A DNA stretch of 64,000 bases, taken from NCBI GenBank assembly GCA_965235115.1, contig OZ249436.1:30320001-30384000 (forward strand), given 5' to 3'. Each line of letters begins with the position of its first letter. Within the stretch, counting starts at the first letter, position 1. This stretch comes from Laetmonice hystrix (Eukaryota). This document shows positions 61,681 through 64,000 of the stretch, one piece after another. The position numbers and the translations under genes were made by a program. The notes under the pieces were generated by a model. It ran no database searches and had not been told where the DNA came from. It saw only the letters and a program-made list of their open reading frames with translations.

Positions 61681-64000
61681 GCCCATACAGACCGCATGAA
61701 TTTGAAAAGGCTGCATGTCCATGCAGACCTCTTCGATCGTATATCGACCATGTGCATGTCCATCGTCAATAGCTTCAAGTCAGAGGACATGAATCACAAC
61801 GCACATTCCACTCCGGAAGTTGATTCTGTACGTTTTAAATAAAAGTTTAAGGGCAATCCTCGGTTACGTAATCGTTTACTGTACATCGCTGCACTAAAAT
61901 ATATGCAGCATCTGTTACGTAATCCTAACAGAGGGTAGCAGCATAAGACCGGCTTGCAGTGAATAAACATAGGTGCCATGGAACCTGCGCAGTACCGACC
62001 TATAATCATGCAGAGACCCTGCCCTGTATGACGTAATCTGTCACGTGACCTCAGATAACCAATCGTCCAAGTCCAGGCCACAATCCGACATTACTGCGAC
62101 CTCAACGTCCCCGGCATGAGTCCATAATAAGGAATCGAATCCACATGTCAATAAATACCATCACTGCATGCATGCAAAAGGCACTCTTGTTGTATCTTAG
62201 ATAATTAAAATGTTTCATAACGAAAAGACATTGGTCCTGGTGAAGGAGCAGACTGTAAGCAGAGTCATTATGTTGGATAGGAGAGTCAAGGATCGCAGCG
62301 GTTGTATCTAATGATAATTCCAGAATCGGTCTTTGCTGATGATTGGCCTCTTTTATCCGATCATGTATGCCACGGCGCCACCTAAAACAGCCTGTATACT
62401 CAGAAAAACACATCATGGAAAACGCTTACGAAGTGAAAGCTCATTCGCTATAGGCAGCGCGCAGCTATGAATGAACATGTAGGCCTACATGTGGCTGCTC
62501 ACCATTTTTCTGTGACCTTAGCTACATTGAAGTAATGACCGGTTGGCCTTCAATTAACGTGTTGAAAAGGAGAGTTAAACATAGTCCATGCAGTACTTGT
62601 GAAATCCTTGTGCAGGAAATGCGCGTACGGATCTTCAAGTTTTATTGATTTGAAATAAAGGCATAAGCCCATAAATATATTACGTATAGGCCTAGTCGTA
62701 GATCTATTACATACATTAGTTATACAGGTCTGCATTATAGGTGCTAGGCCTATATAATAACCACTATATTAGATCGGCACCGTAAGTTGGGACCTTGGGA
62801 GGGCATCCAGTTCAACCTCCACTTGAATCTTCAGAAAGTGATATATATTGTTCTAGTTGATAATAGTCTGAAGAGTCAGTCTTAATATTAATGTAAACCT
62901 GAATGTCGTGAAAATAAATCCTTATTTTATAGTTATAAACTGTATTATTTTAGAGCACTGCTGCTCAAAAGCCTGTCCTGGCCGGGTGTCTTGTGCTTGT
63001 AAGTTGTAGAGCTATCAACACGTTCGTTGTCATCGCCTGGGCCAGAGACTGGCCGGCGACAACGTCCTCCTTATCTGCATTGGCTACAATTTTATAGCCT
63101 GGGTTCAATCTGTTTGTGCTTTCATTGTCACTTGTGACATCATAGTATAGTTAACTACGTATTTTGATACATAATATTACAATGTTTCACTGGCAAAAAG
63201 ACAATGCGTGCCTCGTTAAGTCAACTTGTGGCTGTGACGTCACAGACATGACGTGCGGTGCAGTCTTGAATAGAAGGCTAGATCTAACGTAGACTGCACT
63301 CTTTTGCTGTCTAGCTCTCGTTTTATCGAAAGATGCATTAAAATACTACATAAGCAGAAACTTAAAAGGTCAGTAGATATTCTCAGAATATTATAGCATT
63401 ATAATTTACCTTTTTAAACATCACCCTAGGCCCCTGATCCGACAGAGCTTAGTTTGGAACCTGGCTTTCTGTTGTGATATTTAACGTCATTATCAAGTTT
63501 TGGGCACTTTTGAAATTTTCAAACAAAGCTCACTATATTCATAACTATAAGGAGTCTCGCTAAAAGGATGACATCTATGGAGACCTTACGATGTGGGGAA
63601 TAATTCTGGGTACTATTTTGTATAGGTCGTCGCGACAGATTTTGCGTGGCAGCCTGCCAAACACGGAAAGGTCACACGTTTTTGGAAGTTTTCATAAAAA
63701 GTTTCTATGGTTTACATAGCTCGAAAGAAATGAAAATTATGTGTAATCTGTCTAATTTCTATACTAGCTCATAGCCTGGAATCTCTACTTTCATTTGCCA
63801 CCATTCCTGTCCCGATTGACCAACTATGCACACCGCGAGCATACTTTTAATCAACTGAGGTATCAAAAACTAAGTTTTTGGGTCCCAATTTGAGGTGCCG
63901 CACTGTAGTCACTTTTCACCAGGGCCATATTACACTGGTCCGCAAGGGCGTCCGATTAGGACAATGTAGCCTATCAATACGGTTAGTCGTAGGCCTGGTA

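Noticed and set aside
62102..62416. GIY-YIG/Penelope C-terminal fragment (RIKEANH..RPIL)
   Set aside because: Resemblance limited to a few residues; no GIY/YIG motif or RT nearby.

Overview
This is eukaryotic, repeat-rich, apparently non-genic DNA. A V-domain (RUDI-like) SINE and the Helentron, Kolobok, Sola and hAT content suggest a marine invertebrate, possibly a lophotrochozoan (inference). I found no intact, recognisable protein-coding gene, rRNA, functional tRNA or CRISPR array. The long ORFs in the track are read-throughs of tandem repeats or GC-rich DNA. Well supported content: eight unrelated minisatellite arrays; many MITEs with readable TIRs and TSDs (a CAG..CTG family with 5-bp TSDs, three TTAA Kolobok-type elements, one Tc1/mariner-type, one MULE-type); two non-autonomous Helentrons, one carrying two tRNA-like Pol III cassettes; a 5'-truncated SINE with a 15-bp TSD; a decayed DDE integrase; and a 3.75-kb Sola-like element (27-bp perfect TIRs, 4-bp TSD) whose interior is mostly a twice-inverted minisatellite. 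Most interesting signals: (1) a TA to TAGGCCTA micro-insertion seen directly in three paralogue pairs and about 20-fold enriched, predicting a TA-targeting transposon with GGC..GCC ends; (2) about a dozen GC-rich islands, each followed by a short decayed MADF-like segment (tentative, needs HMM testing); (3) several kb of decayed, intronless, minus-strand coding-like DNA of unrecognised origin at 6.9-16 kb, possibly an endogenous virus. All alignments and translations were done by eye; no database searches were run.
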